IMG/VR virus record: IMGVR_UViG_3300032070_000004
DNA: 64,000 bases
Origin: an uncultured virus (IMG/VR IMGVR_UViG_3300032070_000004)
Taxonomy: Duplodnaviria; Heunggongvirae; Uroviricota; Caudoviricetes
Strand: one strand, 5' to 3'
The translations under genes were made by a program, and so were the position numbers. The notes beneath the pieces are model-generated. The model was given only the letters and a program-made list of their open reading frames with translations. It made no database searches and was not told where the DNA came from. Positions 21,204 to 32,132 of this stretch are shown here, piece by piece; the stretch's first letter is position 1, and each line of letters starts with the position of its first letter.

Positions 21204-22249
21204 TCAGCTCGACGGAATTTAACGAAATACACTACCGCGCCTGCTATTCCAAGACCCACAGCGGCGAGTGTCAGTGGGTTGAGAAGCCAATCAGGGAGTC
21301 CGATTCCACTGCCTCCACCAGTTCCGCCACCAGTTCCACCTACGATGCCGCCAGTAGAAGATCCGGTTGTTTCCGTCGATGGAGCAAGTATTGACGAGGG
21401 AGGAGTGGCAACGGGGGTGCCAGCCGCCGCTGCTGCCGCGGCAGCACCTGTTGTAGCAGCCGTGCCGGTGTCCGTGGGCTTGGCGCACGACACCGATGTT
21501 AGCTGGTATTTCCCGCCGATGCACTCTTCGTACCACCCACTCGGGGCACAACGGTATCCCGTCACGCACTGTGGCGCGCTAGCCATGAGGACGTTGATAA
21601 GATCAGAGACGCTGTTTGATGGAGCTGTTCCCGTACATGCCGAGTTCTTCCATCCGATAACGGTGAGCTTCGGTCGGAATGTTCCCGCAGTCTGATAAGT
21701 ATGCGAGGGGTTGCGCTGGGTAGAGGTAGCTCCGTCGCTGAAGTCCCACACCGTCTGAATATTCTGGTCGGGAGTTACGCATGTGAACTGGACGGTAAGT
21801 GGAGCATATCCATCCGTTACATTCTTTGTGAACATAGCCTTGGCATTGTCACAATACATAGCGGAAGCTGTGAGAGACTTCGTGGCGGTTGAACCCAAGG
21901 TGAGGTTTGGAACATTAGCAATGGCGCATGGAGCTGCCATTACAGTTATCTGATGCGTTCCAGTTTCCTCCGGGTAATAAACCACTTCTAAGGTGTTATA
22001 AGACCCATTCATCCCGGATGCACCACTGAGATGGAACTTCCATGCCCACCGCACAGAAACTCCAGAAGCAAGCGTGGAGTTGTTCGGATCTCTGAAGTGT
22101 CCTTTCCCGCTGCTTGAAATGGTGAAGACAGTCGAGAGATAGTCGTCCGTAGAGCTCGTGGTCCTAATATTTGTAATCCGGATGGGAACCCCACCAAACC
22201 CAACCGGGGTCGTGCAAGCATCGCATGACAATGTGAATACCAGCGTCAT
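21200..22249 (-). CDS. PKD-domain surface protein with C-terminal TM anchor
   Basis: GYAPLTVQFT, WDFSDG, NPSHTY..AGTF motifs; Ala/Gly/Thr linker; TM followed by KFRR. Confidence 0.88.
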   Translation of the reverse strand: MTLVFTLSCDACTTPVGFGGVPIRITNIRTTSSTDDYLSTVFTISSSGKGHFRDPNNSTLASGVSVRWAWKFHLSGASGMNGSYNTLEVVYYPEETGTHQITVMAAPCAIANVPNLTLGSTATKSLTASAMYCDNAKAMFTKNVTDGYAPLTVQFTCVTPDQNIQTVWDFSDGATSTQRNPSHTYQTAGTFRPKLTVIGWKNSACTGTAPSNSVSDLINVLMASAPQCVTGYRCAPSGWYEECIGGKYQLTSVSCAKPTDTGTAATTGAAAAAAAAGTPVATPPSSILAPSTETTGSSTGGIVGGTGGGTGGGSGIGLPDWLLNPLTLAAVGLGIAGAVVYFVKFRRAD

Positions 22250-22343
22250 AGTAGATGATACGATTTCGTAATATATATAACTTTGGTGAAGTTCAAAGAG
22301 TTATCGGAAACGTTTAAATATTCCCCCACACAAGATATGATAC

Positions 22344-23900
22344 ATGGTTAAGCGAGTCTACATTGGAGACAGCGCAGGGATCTTATACTGTTTCGACGAG
22401 AATTTAAATTTGCAATGGCAGGTGGATATTCCTCCTTTGCCCGCATCCGGAGAAATTAATGTCCCGGCTGTGGTGTCCACTTTAGATAATAATTTATATA
22501 TTTCTTCAGTTGATGATCTTGCAGGAGCTATTAGAAAAATAAATAGAACAAACGGTGCGATTATGTGGGAATACTCACTCACCGATGAAGTTCGATATAC
22601 AAACACGGTGGTTGATGCAAGCGAAAATGTATATGCCATTGACTATAGCGATGTATTTACATCGTTGGATTCTACTGGGGCTCTTCGGTGGGCTGTATCA
22701 GCCACAATGGAATCCACACCCGCTATAAGTACGGATGGTACAAAAATATATGCTAATGTAGGGGGATGGGCTGTTGGTAATTTGTGTTGTCTCAACGCTG
22801 CTACGGGAATCACTCTATGGACATATGATAACGGGGGCGCTGGGCTTGGTCTAACCAACCAATCTCCTGCGCTTTCTCCAGACGATAGTGTTGTATATAT
22901 TGTAGCGGTTCTGCCCGGACCCCCGGGACCACCATGGATCACCGGGTGGCTTCACGCTGTAGATGCATTAACAGGAGCAGGATTGTGGGTGGCACCGGTT
23001 GCACTTGATACCTCTTGTACAATTTCGGCTCCATCCGTAGATAGTAATGGGAATATATATGTTACTACACATGGAACAACTCTGTACAAGATAAGTCCTG
23101 CTGGCATTTCCTTGTGGAGCGTGGCAGTTGGTCCAGCCAATGGAGAATTCCCGGCGTGTATAGACGAAACAAATGGCAAGCTCTATTGCTGTGGATCGGG
23201 TGGAAATCTTAAGTGTTATGATCTTGATGGTAATCTGTTGTGGACCAGTTCAGAAGCATCCAACGGGTATGGTGGGGGGGCACTGTCTACAGACGGGAGC
23301 GCACTTTATGTAGCCCACGGATCTATATTAAAAATGCTAAGCACTGCTGATGGTAGTTTGCTTGCATCATATCCATTAGATTTTTACACCGAAGCCGCTC
23401 CGTCATTCGATGAAATCCCAGAATTACTATCAGTAATTCCATGGACAAAATATCAAGGAAATCGGCTTTCTCTTGGAAGAATTTCAACTGGGATTTCTCC
23501 AACGGGCAACACTGCAACGGTCTTTGGGTATGTACTCGATCCGATCACAGGGCTCGGCGGGGGTGGTTCCGGAGAGCCAATTTCCGGAGCTATGATTACA
23601 ATCGGAGACCAGCCTACGGCGACTACACCCGGAAATGGATTTTATACAATTACATTTCCATCGACGTTTGCTTTTAACGTCCCATCAACTCCGCTCACGG
23701 TCTACGCCCCGAACATGGTGGGGATCATAGACGTGTTGGAAGTCCCCGCTAACACAAGTTCCGAAGTTGATTTCTACATGCAGCCGACATCAGTTGCCCA
23801 CGGTTCCGGATCTGGTGGAGGGGGGCGCGTGCGGAGAAGCGGCGGCACGTTCCGGAACCCTCTTAACATGCACCGTGGACTAAAAATGAAGATTAAGTGA
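22344..23900 (+). CDS. PQQ-like beta-propeller plus carboxypeptidase-regulatory-like domain protein (adhesin-like)
   Basis: Repeated A..G...W blade motifs; VFGYVLD..TG..ISGA.I...GNGFY. Confidence 0.8.
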   Translation: MVKRVYIGDSAGILYCFDENLNLQWQVDIPPLPASGEINVPAVVSTLDNNLYISSVDDLAGAIRKINRTNGAIMWEYSLTDEVRYTNTVVDASENVYAIDYSDVFTSLDSTGALRWAVSATMESTPAISTDGTKIYANVGGWAVGNLCCLNAATGITLWTYDNGGAGLGLTNQSPALSPDDSVVYIVAVLPGPPGPPWITGWLHAVDALTGAGLWVAPVALDTSCTISAPSVDSNGNIYVTTHGTTLYKISPAGISLWSVAVGPANGEFPACIDETNGKLYCCGSGGNLKCYDLDGNLLWTSSEASNGYGGGALSTDGSALYVAHGSILKMLSTADGSLLASYPLDFYTEAAPSFDEIPELLSVIPWTKYQGNRLSLGRISTGISPTGNTATVFGYVLDPITGLGGGGSGEPISGAMITIGDQPTATTPGNGFYTITFPSTFAFNVPSTPLTVYAPNMVGIIDVLEVPANTSSEVDFYMQPTSVAHGSGSGGGGRVRRSGGTFRNPLNMHRGLKMKIK

Positions 23901-23943
23901 ATAGACATCGCAATGCTTAAATAATCCGGGAACCTACGGGTAC

Positions 23944-24807
23944 TTGCACATGCCCAAAGATGAGTCGGTGGACAAAGATACGTACGAAGAAGACGAGAGC
24001 GTTCAGATGGATGTTCTCCTCGAAGAGTGGGAGCGATATCTCGAAGAGTTTATGGAGTCGTTCAATCTCATTCCAAGAGACTTTTACGGGGCTCTCGACG
24101 AGCAGGTTCTCAACAATGTTATCCACGGGGCGAGTTTCATTGGTGGTGCAAAGGGAGCCATAGAGCACGAGTACCCAGACATAAAGGACGTGTACGCGGA
24201 GCAGCTCTATGTAAAATACAGCATCGCGCTGTACAACTTTTTCCAGAAGATGGGGCTGCGGAGAAAAGACCCGCGCGCAGAAATTGGTCAGAATGACCAG
24301 TACTTCTGGGAGAAGTACATGCGCCGCGCAACTAAATTGGCAGTAGAGAACGTGTGGGATCTCTTCGATTACGAGGTCGCACTCGTCTTTTCAAATCCAT
24401 TTAGCCTGTCGTTTGCCAAGGTGGAAAAGCGCATCAAACCTACGTACTCGGTTGTGAAGGATGGTGCGTACTACAATTTCATTAACAACCCGCTTGTAGC
24501 GAAAGCAGACCGACTCGTGAGCAAGGTAAACGATGGGGGATTCGATCATATGGGGCATGGATTCATCGCTATATTTGTTAAGGGAGATGAAATCGTAAAG
24601 AGAATGATGGCTGGATATGGTGACATCGTATCGAATACTGCTTGTGTGGGCATTCACGATTGGAATACCGGAGCCGGAACTGTGCAATACGTTAAGGAAG
24701 ATACTTCTATGTCGATATCCTCTGCGTACGTCGATGACCCAAACATTGGCATCATGCTCCACCGTGCGCACCGGCGCGCGCACCACGAACGGAAAAAAGT
24801 GGTATAA
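23944..24807 (+). CDS. Hypothetical protein
   Basis: 287-aa ORF with acidic N-terminus. Confidence 0.7.
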   Translation: MHMPKDESVDKDTYEEDESVQMDVLLEEWERYLEEFMESFNLIPRDFYGALDEQVLNNVIHGASFIGGAKGAIEHEYPDIKDVYAEQLYVKYSIALYNFFQKMGLRRKDPRAEIGQNDQYFWEKYMRRATKLAVENVWDLFDYEVALVFSNPFSLSFAKVEKRIKPTYSVVKDGAYYNFINNPLVAKADRLVSKVNDGGFDHMGHGFIAIFVKGDEIVKRMMAGYGDIVSNTACVGIHDWNTGAGTVQYVKEDTSMSISSAYVDDPNIGIMLHRAHRRAHHERKKVV

Positions 24808-24852
24808 AGATAACTTTTTATACCCCGCGCGCGAATATTCACCCAAGACCAT

Positions 24853-25692
24853 ATGCCAGCATATTACAGGTGGGAAAAGGGGTTTAACTCGCAAATGAAT
24901 CTTGCAAGAGAGCTATGGTACGCCGCGGGTGGGATCACCCCGCGCAACCCGACCACGATGAAGTACCTCCTCATCGCCGTAGGAGAAGGAATGGTCAGTC
25001 GTCCCTTGAATCTGGTTCACAATGACTTTATACATGCAATGCGGCAGGAGAACTTCTATAACGCGGCAATGCTCTATGATGCGCTGATACAGCTCACCGA
25101 GGCAGCAATATTCATGGACGAACAGATAAACAAGAATTTCAGATCAAAGCCCATACCCCACGTGTGGGATCTCCTTCTCAGACCCCTGCACGATGCAACC
25201 ATACGGGCGTATGAAATGATTGTGTATGAAGAGTACCCACCATCAAGAAAGGGAACGCATCCGACATGGTGGTACGATCCGCACGCTCCCCGCCCGGGAA
25301 AGATTATGCATCCGCTTGGCGAGATAACTGAAGAGAAGATCCGGAACATACGTGGCAGGTTATGGAGTTTTACCCGCCTTACCTCATGGGGAACCCCCGT
25401 GGGGAGCAGCCCGGAGATCCCACAGGTAAAGGCGCGCGTAAGGTATCTGATCGATACCGCTCTCATCAATGTAGAGGAAGCAGAGAACGCAGTGCGGCGC
25501 GGGAAGTTCTTGGGCGCAGCCGTGGCATACACGCAGGCGATTTTTATGCTCAATTTATACCACAAGTACCGGAAGACATTGCATGGGCTGGCTGACATGC
25601 GCGAGTTCGAAGAGATCGATGTTGATACCGAGAATGTATTCATGTCCCACTACAGCAATATACAAGATATGATCGGGATGGTAATTCGATAA
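24853..25692 (+). CDS. Hypothetical protein with two similar helical halves
   Basis: NFYNAAMLYDALIQL and KFLGAAVAYTQAIFML; TATA-like box upstream. Confidence 0.7.
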   Translation: MPAYYRWEKGFNSQMNLARELWYAAGGITPRNPTTMKYLLIAVGEGMVSRPLNLVHNDFIHAMRQENFYNAAMLYDALIQLTEAAIFMDEQINKNFRSKPIPHVWDLLLRPLHDATIRAYEMIVYEEYPPSRKGTHPTWWYDPHAPRPGKIMHPLGEITEEKIRNIRGRLWSFTRLTSWGTPVGSSPEIPQVKARVRYLIDTALINVEEAENAVRRGKFLGAAVAYTQAIFMLNLYHKYRKTLHGLADMREFEEIDVDTENVFMSHYSNIQDMIGMVIR

Positions 25693-25976
25693 ATTTTTAT
25701 AGCATCCCCGCTCACAACTGATCATGGAGACCCCGGGTGTGAAGAACGAGGAGCTGCTTTTCGAAGTTCGAAAGTTGTGTGACATGCTTCGGGGTTTTTT
25801 TATCTACCTGCTTCGGAATCCAAATATGACAAAGGATGAGAAGAATAGTCGTCTTGAAGATATAGAAAAGCAGATGCATATTGTTCATGAAATGATGCCG
25901 ACTTTCGAGTACGAAGGATGGTGTTCTCTCATGGACGAGATTTCAGAGAGTGTCAATAGAATGCGCAAGTGATTTG

Positions 25977-26372
25977 ATGAAGTACCTCACAATTTTCTGC
26001 GATGGGAACGGAGATGGTCATTCCATTGCACTATTCCCATCTGGGCAGTTCTACATCTATTATGAGGAAGGCGCAACCAATAACGAGTGCGAGTATAATG
26101 CCATCATCACGACACTATTTGCCGCGCCAAACAATTCGTACCTGATTATCAAGACCGATTCTCAACTCGTGTGCGGGCATCTCAACAAGGGATGGAACGT
26201 CAACCTCGACCGTCTCAAGAAGAAGATAGAGGTCATCCACACACTCGCGGAGATGAAGAACATTACTCTGCAACTCGAATGGATTCCCCGAAAGACGAAT
26301 ATTGCAGACCGTGCACTCCGGAGGCACCTCAAGGCGACTCGCAGGGCGGGGCAGGGGGGGTCAGCCGAATAG
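25977..26372 (+). CDS. rnhA: Ribonuclease HI (archaeal type)
   Basis: FCDG, TNNECEY, TDSQLV and WIPRKTN.AD motifs. Confidence 0.88.
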   Translation: MKYLTIFCDGNGDGHSIALFPSGQFYIYYEEGATNNECEYNAIITTLFAAPNNSYLIIKTDSQLVCGHLNKGWNVNLDRLKKKIEVIHTLAEMKNITLQLEWIPRKTNIADRALRRHLKATRRAGQGGSAE

Positions 26373-27947
26373 CGCGCCGAGTCCCTCCACGGGTTCGTCG
26401 TCTTCTGGCTCGACTTCATCTTGAATCCACGTATATACATCTTCAAGATGCCGGATGGTTAGGAAATCGAGCATACGAAGTATTTCAGCTCTAATCCGAT
26501 GATCGAGAACGAAACCAGGCGGGAGTTGTCTTCGGACGTGCGGAATGCGTTGCATTATGTTGTTATAAACCATCACCAATCCGGCGGTGTTAATGAATCC
26601 TAGCATCGTGGTGATATTTTCGATGTGGAAATGTCTTTGTTCTGGATCTTCCGCTCCCGGCTCCCTAACATCTTCATCTTGAAGTTCAGCTTGTAACCAC
26701 TCAAATATGCTGTCAAGATGTTCTGCTTCAAGAAATTGCAATATTCGCTCAAACTCATCGCGGATAGTCCGTGTGGGAATATCATCAGCAGGTTGTAGGG
26801 GAATCTGCCTCCGAATATATGGAATAAATGCTATTGCCATGTCATACGCATTAAGCAAAACTTGTTTTTCTTCGCGAGCTGGGAAAACACCCATTATTTC
26901 CAGAACATTACCTCGCATTCTCTCTGCGCGCGCTATTTGCTCTGCTACTACTTGCTCTGCGTTTGGTTGGCGTACTTGATGATAGTGCGGTGCGTGTGCG
27001 TACTCCTCCGCAAGCTGGTGTACGAATCCTTCTGCCGGATCACCGATGTTCCAGCTCCAGTCGTGCGAATCTGAGAAGCTACCAATGCTGGCTATGCCAA
27101 GATCAAGGTGGAGGTTCCCATCTTCAGGAAAGAGACGTACTCCACGGGGCGGAGCAATGGGTGCGGTTGTGTACCATGCGACTTCGAGGTTATTATTAAT
27201 TACTGCAATCACACGGGGAGAATCGACAATGCGTAATGCGAGTCCCCGCAATATGGCATCAACAAGATGTTCTCCATCTACGATATATCCAGTGTACCCA
27301 AGAGCACCAATTCCAATCTGTCTCTGTCTCACTGTCTCATGAGCCCAGTCATCTCGACGAACCTCGGCTGCGGCTTCAAAAAACTCCTCGCGGTTATCGG
27401 GGTCCGACAGCTCGTACTCGTGGTCCATGACAAGCAACGGAACACCGCGAAATATTCGCTCGTAAACCCATTCGAGGTGTTTATGGAACTCCGCACTGAA
27501 CGCATCGAAGAACGCCTCGTCGTCTACATTCGCGAAGTAGTTTTCAAGATCCGCGCGTGTGATGCGGTTGAGAAGTGCGCGGAATTGGTCAAGGAATATG
27601 ATATATTCTTCATTTACCAGCTTGTCGAGTTCTGCGTCTTCGTCGTACGCCTGCGAGAGTCTTGCGCGAAACGGAGCGATGTTCCCAGTGCGGAGGGTTG
27701 CATCGAGATACCAGAATAGCAAGTCGTCTCTCTGCGGAGCCATTCCATAGTGTTCGGGACCGGGGAATGGGATTACATCGAGCTTGTTGTGGATATAATC
27801 CTTCCATTCTTCGAATCGTCTCTGAATCGTAGGATCGTTTATGGAAACTTCGCTTTCTCCCACCTTTCGAATAAATCGTCTGAGGTCCTCCACATCACTG
27901 GGTTCTTCTTCCTCGCCCTTGTAATCAACAAGAAACTTCTTCACCAT
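26361..27947 (-). CDS. Acidic hypothetical protein carrying the shared N-terminal leader
   Basis: Likely start MVKKFLVDYKGEEEE at 27947; two C-terminal repeats (IPxxRRQxP...IRxExxRxLxFLxxxHL). Confidence 0.75.
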   Translation of the reverse strand: MVKKFLVDYKGEEEEPSDVEDLRRFIRKVGESEVSINDPTIQRRFEEWKDYIHNKLDVIPFPGPEHYGMAPQRDDLLFWYLDATLRTGNIAPFRARLSQAYDEDAELDKLVNEEYIIFLDQFRALLNRITRADLENYFANVDDEAFFDAFSAEFHKHLEWVYERIFRGVPLLVMDHEYELSDPDNREEFFEAAAEVRRDDWAHETVRQRQIGIGALGYTGYIVDGEHLVDAILRGLALRIVDSPRVIAVINNNLEVAWYTTAPIAPPRGVRLFPEDGNLHLDLGIASIGSFSDSHDWSWNIGDPAEGFVHQLAEEYAHAPHYHQVRQPNAEQVVAEQIARAERMRGNVLEIMGVFPAREEKQVLLNAYDMAIAFIPYIRRQIPLQPADDIPTRTIRDEFERILQFLEAEHLDSIFEWLQAELQDEDVREPGAEDPEQRHFHIENITTMLGFINTAGLVMVYNNIMQRIPHVRRQLPPGFVLDHRIRAEILRMLDFLTIRHLEDVYTWIQDEVEPEDDEPVEGLGALFG

Positions 27948-28145
27948 TGGATAGGATTTAGATAGTATTATTATATAAGAGTTCCCATTACTTATCAATG
28001 TGCGATAAAACGGCACTGATAAAAGGTCTCACACAGACAGTAGCGGACGCGTGCAACAAGCGGATTGAAGAGGCACGTAAGCATCCCAAGCCGCCCGCGG
28101 ATTGTGGAATCGGAGCCCGTTTGAGACGTGAGCACGGGTTGTAAT

Positions 28146-28376
28146 ATGAACCACCCGCACTCAACATTTACTCGCACCGTAGTGAAGACCCTCACATATC
28201 GGGCAATATCAATCATAGCCGACATTATAGTTTTCTACCTGCTCACCGGAAGCTTGAACCTCGCGCTGGCATTCGGTGGGGTGATGATCGTAATAAGCAC
28301 CATTATATACTTCCTCCACGAGCGCGCGTGGGCTACTATCCGGTGGGGAAAGAACGGCATCTCCCCAAAGTATTAA
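28146..28376 (+). CDS. DUF2061-like membrane protein
   Basis: RTVVKTLTYR...YFLHERAW..I.WG. Confidence 0.75.
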   Translation: MNHPHSTFTRTVVKTLTYRAISIIADIIVFYLLTGSLNLALAFGGVMIVISTIIYFLHERAWATIRWGKNGISPKY

Positions 28377-28401
28377 ATATTTATTCGTTCCATGTTAAAC
28401 T

Positions 28402-28626
28402 ATGCCAAGAAGAGTAAGACCTCCAAGAAGATCCGCTTACCAGAAGTGTGTCGCAAAAGAGCTGCGCGGTAGGTCGTTTAAGTCACGGCAGGCTGCACGC
28501 AGGGCATTCTCGACCGCTGCACGCAAGTGCCGGAAGCTTATCCACAAGAAGGGTCGAAAAGGAAGCAGGCGGAAACGCCACGGTGTAGGACACGCACGGG
28601 CTTCTCATCGTAGACGCAGGAGATAA
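28402..28626 (+). CDS. Highly basic protamine-like protein
   Basis: Very R/K-rich 74 aa with almost no acidic residues. Confidence 0.7.
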   Translation: MPRRVRPPRRSAYQKCVAKELRGRSFKSRQAARRAFSTAARKCRKLIHKKGRKGSRRKRHGVGHARASHRRRRR

Positions 28627-28629
28627 GTA

Positions 28630-29154
28630 ATGGTGAACTTGCGAGAGATCGCAATGGATATATCTGGGCTCGTAAGTACCACCAAGGCATACGGGATGGA
28701 TTCGCGCGAGTCTCTTCTCGATAAAATCGAATTTCAGATTTTGAGGGTGGGAAATCCAAAGTGGGGCAAGCGCGATCCCAACCTGTACGATCCCGCGCAG
28801 CTTGGTAAAGGCATCGCCGTAGAAAGGGAGCACACGTCCTCGGGACGTATAGCCATGGAGATCGCGATGGATCACCTCGACGAATTCCCCAACTATTATG
28901 AGTGGCACGAATGGATGGAAAAGGCACTCCGCACTGGGCTTTCTATGTACGATCTTCACGAGCGTCTCTCTGCACTTGATCACGAGCAGTGGATGCACTG
29001 GTCGAAGGCACTCGCGCGGAATGCGTGGTTGCCGCACGAAGTGGAGCGGAGATGGAAAACCATGTGGGTTCCGTATGAGGATCTGCCTGAGGAAATCAAG
29101 AATTCCGATCGTGAATGGGCAGACCGGGCATTTCGAATCATGGGACTGGTATGA
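28630..29154 (+). CDS. DUF5661-like domain fused to a RyR-like helical domain
   Basis: GIAVEREHT...IAMDHLDE.PNYY; HEQW...VPYEDLPEEIKNSDR. Confidence 0.6.
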   Translation: MVNLREIAMDISGLVSTTKAYGMDSRESLLDKIEFQILRVGNPKWGKRDPNLYDPAQLGKGIAVEREHTSSGRIAMEIAMDHLDEFPNYYEWHEWMEKALRTGLSMYDLHERLSALDHEQWMHWSKALARNAWLPHEVERRWKTMWVPYEDLPEEIKNSDREWADRAFRIMGLV

Positions 29155-29305
29155 ATGAAGAAAATTGTTGCAAAATGCACAAAGTGTGGTTACTCATACC
29201 CTATTTTTGATCCCGTCTTGTGGACATTCATCAATGTCGAGCTGAAAGAAGCGGAGTGCCCAAACTGCGGGAGTACAACCTTCTCCATCACAGAGGTTCC
29301 TGACC

Positions 29306-29845
29306 ATGGTACATGATGAAGTTCCATCGGATATGTGGTGGCATGACACCATGGGCGATTTCTCAATAATATCGAATGGACACCCCGTCATGAAAATGGA
29401 TAGCAGGCGTCGTGCGTACTTGTCTGAAATAAAACCATGCATCATACACCAGACCGATCCGATTACTCGCAAAATGGTTCCTGTGGACTGGAATGCAGAC
29501 AAACGAACCGCTTTAGAACAGCGGTTGAAGCTTGTAGAGGAGAGCGAGAGAAAACTCAAATCTAAGTTTAAGGAAGCTCACATCGAAGATGGATACCGCG
29601 CGTCTACTGGTATAATAACCCCAGGCGAGCAAGAGTCTACACGGGTATGGTACGAAAATGGACTTGTTCTCATAAACGAGGTATCCAAAAATTACAGGAT
29701 GTTCCGCGGATACAAGGACATGTCTGACGAAGAATATAATATCCTATATGACGAAATAACAAGACTTATAAAACTACTTCGAGAAACCATTCGCGACCGG
29801 TACGTTTTCGCACGCGCTGTAGAGAAGAGGATTGGATTGAGATGA
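29306..29845 (+). CDS. Hypothetical protein
   Basis: 179-aa ORF. Confidence 0.55.
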   Translation: MVHDEVPSDMWWHDTMGDFSIISNGHPVMKMDSRRRAYLSEIKPCIIHQTDPITRKMVPVDWNADKRTALEQRLKLVEESERKLKSKFKEAHIEDGYRASTGIITPGEQESTRVWYENGLVLINEVSKNYRMFRGYKDMSDEEYNILYDEITRLIKLLRETIRDRYVFARAVEKRIGLR

Positions 29846-30172
29846 CTGTCCGGCAGTTTCTTATGTGGCTCGTTCTTATTTTCCCCGCATTGACGCAACA
29901 TTTATAAACGCGCAGGGAATACAATAATAGTATGGTAAAGGGTCCGTTCCTGTCGAGATACAATCTCTCTATAGTAATCACGACACTTGGAGGGATGGGT
30001 GAAGTCATGGCAGAAGTAAAAGTAACGGAGGGACACAAAACAATTGCCGAATATGAAGTCCCGCTAACAAACTTCCCCGGGAATACCTACCAACCAACCG
30101 TGGTATCGAGACACGAAGCTGAGCTTGTCTTCAAGAAACTCACGAACAACTTGGAGGAGTGGGTAAAATCTC

Positions 30173-30478
30173 ATGCCAGACTTTAAGCTTACCGATGACG
30201 ACGTGATATACCTTGCATTTGGAACTGCCGCGCAGGGAATATTCCAGTGGTACATGCGAAGTCGTTCGACTACGTTCCCCACGCTTCTCAACACTCTTAT
30301 GATCGGTGGGATTGGTCTTGGCGGGGGATTCGTGGGCATGACAGGCGAGAAACTACCTCGCGCGGCTGCTGCTTTCTTGATAGGATTTGGGTTGTCTCAG
30401 GTTATCTCGTATATCCTCCCGCGTATAACCGGAGGATCGGTGGCGACTCGCGCGGCGGGGGCGGGCTATGGCGCGTAA
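30173..30478 (+). CDS. Gly-rich multi-TM membrane protein
   Basis: Three hydrophobic segments. Confidence 0.65.
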   Translation: MPDFKLTDDDVIYLAFGTAAQGIFQWYMRSRSTTFPTLLNTLMIGGIGLGGGFVGMTGEKLPRAAAAFLIGFGLSQVISYILPRITGGSVATRAAGAGYGA

Positions 30479-30848
30479 GTTCATACTTGATTTTGCGGGT
30501 GAGGAAGCTGAAGAAGACTTCCCTCTTTTACCGAGATACCTGATAAACTGGAACACACTCGATGGCGCTACAAAGATGGCGCGAAACCTACCGGGGTATT
30601 ACTCTGATATGTGGCTGGTCAAGTTCAAAGTGACAGAAATATTTCGTGATCCGAATCCCAAGGCACTCAATGTTGTTCAATGGGCTATCGGAACCAACAC
30701 TAAGTTTTTAACAGAAGCCCACTACTGGCTTGACACTGGATCTGACTTTCCAGCAACGCCCGGTGCAACCGGTCAGATAGAAGATAAGAACGGTATTGGA
30801 GCTATAATCGTAGTTCTTGCGGAACCCCAACCCGCCCCGTGGTGGTAA
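30468..30848 (+). CDS. Hypothetical protein carrying the shared N-terminal leader
   Basis: Starts MARKFILDFAGEEAEE. Confidence 0.7.
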   Translation: MARKFILDFAGEEAEEDFPLLPRYLINWNTLDGATKMARNLPGYYSDMWLVKFKVTEIFRDPNPKALNVVQWAIGTNTKFLTEAHYWLDTGSDFPATPGATGQIEDKNGIGAIIVVLAEPQPAPWW

Positions 30849-30926
30849 AGTCAACAAATCGAAACCTTTTTTATATTGCGCGCCACATACAGATGTGCAG
30901 CGCGCGTTGGCGTGCATGAGGTAGAA

Positions 30927-31199
30927 ATGAGAGATATTCGGGATCTCGAAACAATGAAGAGAATGAAGTACGGTGGCGATCCGGGATTCTTTGGAAGAAT
31001 CATCGGACGCACTCCGGAGCCACAGGACATTTCAGATGTGGTGTACCACTACGAATGCCCCATCTGTGGAAAGAAGAAGAAGATTACCGTTAAACTTGAA
31101 GACCAGTACCATGTGGCTCCCGGTCTAACACGGCTTGACGTTGTTCTCATGAATGAGAACCGGTGTGTCACTTGCAGCCGCGCAGACGGAGCTTTCTGA
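30927..31199 (+). CDS. Zn-ribbon protein, paralog of 46257-46526
   Basis: DVVYHYECPICGKKKKIT...TRLDVVL; class A promoter at 30856. Confidence 0.7.
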   Translation: MRDIRDLETMKRMKYGGDPGFFGRIIGRTPEPQDISDVVYHYECPICGKKKKITVKLEDQYHVAPGLTRLDVVLMNENRCVTCSRADGAF

Positions 31200-31245
31200 C
31201 TACAAACCCAAACCTTTTTTATATCGAACGTTTCATGTATCACCA

Positions 31246-31854
31246 ATGAGGATACATATTATCGGGGATAGCCACGTAAACGTTTTTAGAGATTATCCCC
31301 AAGAACGTGTCGTGGTTCATCAACTCGGACCTGCGACTGCCCACAACTTGATTGAAGATCAAAGTACGACCAATTCAAAGAAGCAACTTACGGAGATTCT
31401 TCAACATATAGATAAAGACGATAAGGTAGTTCTTATTCTCGGAGAGATCGATTGCCGCACCCACATATACAAGAAACACACGGAGACCGGAACTCCGATA
31501 AGCGACCTGATAGACGAAACGGTACGGAGATATGTCGATGCCACTAAACCGATCATTGATATGGGAATCGACTTTGCCATATACAGTGTTCTCCCCGCTG
31601 GGAGATGGTGCAATCCGAGCAATCAATGGTGTCCATTAGATCCTCGCATCCAAATCCACAAAGAGTTCCACGAGAAGCTATCTATGGAATGCAAGATCCG
31701 CGGGTACAAGATGGTTGATGTATGGGACAAGATTGTAGATGAAACTGGGAACCACACGCAGCAGAAATATCTATGCGATCCCGTTCACCTGAATGGGAAT
31801 GCCATTCCAATTCTCATCGCAGAGATCAACCGAGTATTCTGGGGTCAACCATGA
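31246..31854 (+). CDS. SGNH/GDSL hydrolase-like protein
   Basis: IIGDSH, LGEIDCR and D.VHLN motifs. Confidence 0.7.
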   Translation: MRIHIIGDSHVNVFRDYPQERVVVHQLGPATAHNLIEDQSTTNSKKQLTEILQHIDKDDKVVLILGEIDCRTHIYKKHTETGTPISDLIDETVRRYVDATKPIIDMGIDFAIYSVLPAGRWCNPSNQWCPLDPRIQIHKEFHEKLSMECKIRGYKMVDVWDKIVDETGNHTQQKYLCDPVHLNGNAIPILIAEINRVFWGQP

Positions 31855-32132
31855 CTGAATGCGCGAAGTGCGGAAAGTGCTGCAAGGCAATTTCGTTTGC
31901 TAAACGAGGAATGAAACCAAACATGCGCGAGTGGCTTCTCGCGCGCGGGGGTGTAGAATCGAGAGATTACGTTGTCGTCCCACAGAGATGCCCGCATCTC
32001 CGGGAAGACAACACCTGCGACATTCACGATTCTCCCAATTATCCCAAGGCGTGCAGAGACTACCACGGGGACTCGCACCGCGGGGTGTTTTATGTTCCGC
32101 CCGGGTGCGCGTTACGGAAGACCTTACGCTAA
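31851..32132 (+). CDS. YkgJ-family Cys-cluster (Fe-S/Zn) protein
   Basis: CAKCGKCC...CPHL....CDIH...P..CR.Y. Confidence 0.8.
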   Translation: MTECAKCGKCCKAISFAKRGMKPNMREWLLARGGVESRDYVVVPQRCPHLREDNTCDIHDSPNYPKACRDYHGDSHRGVFYVPPGCALRKTLR

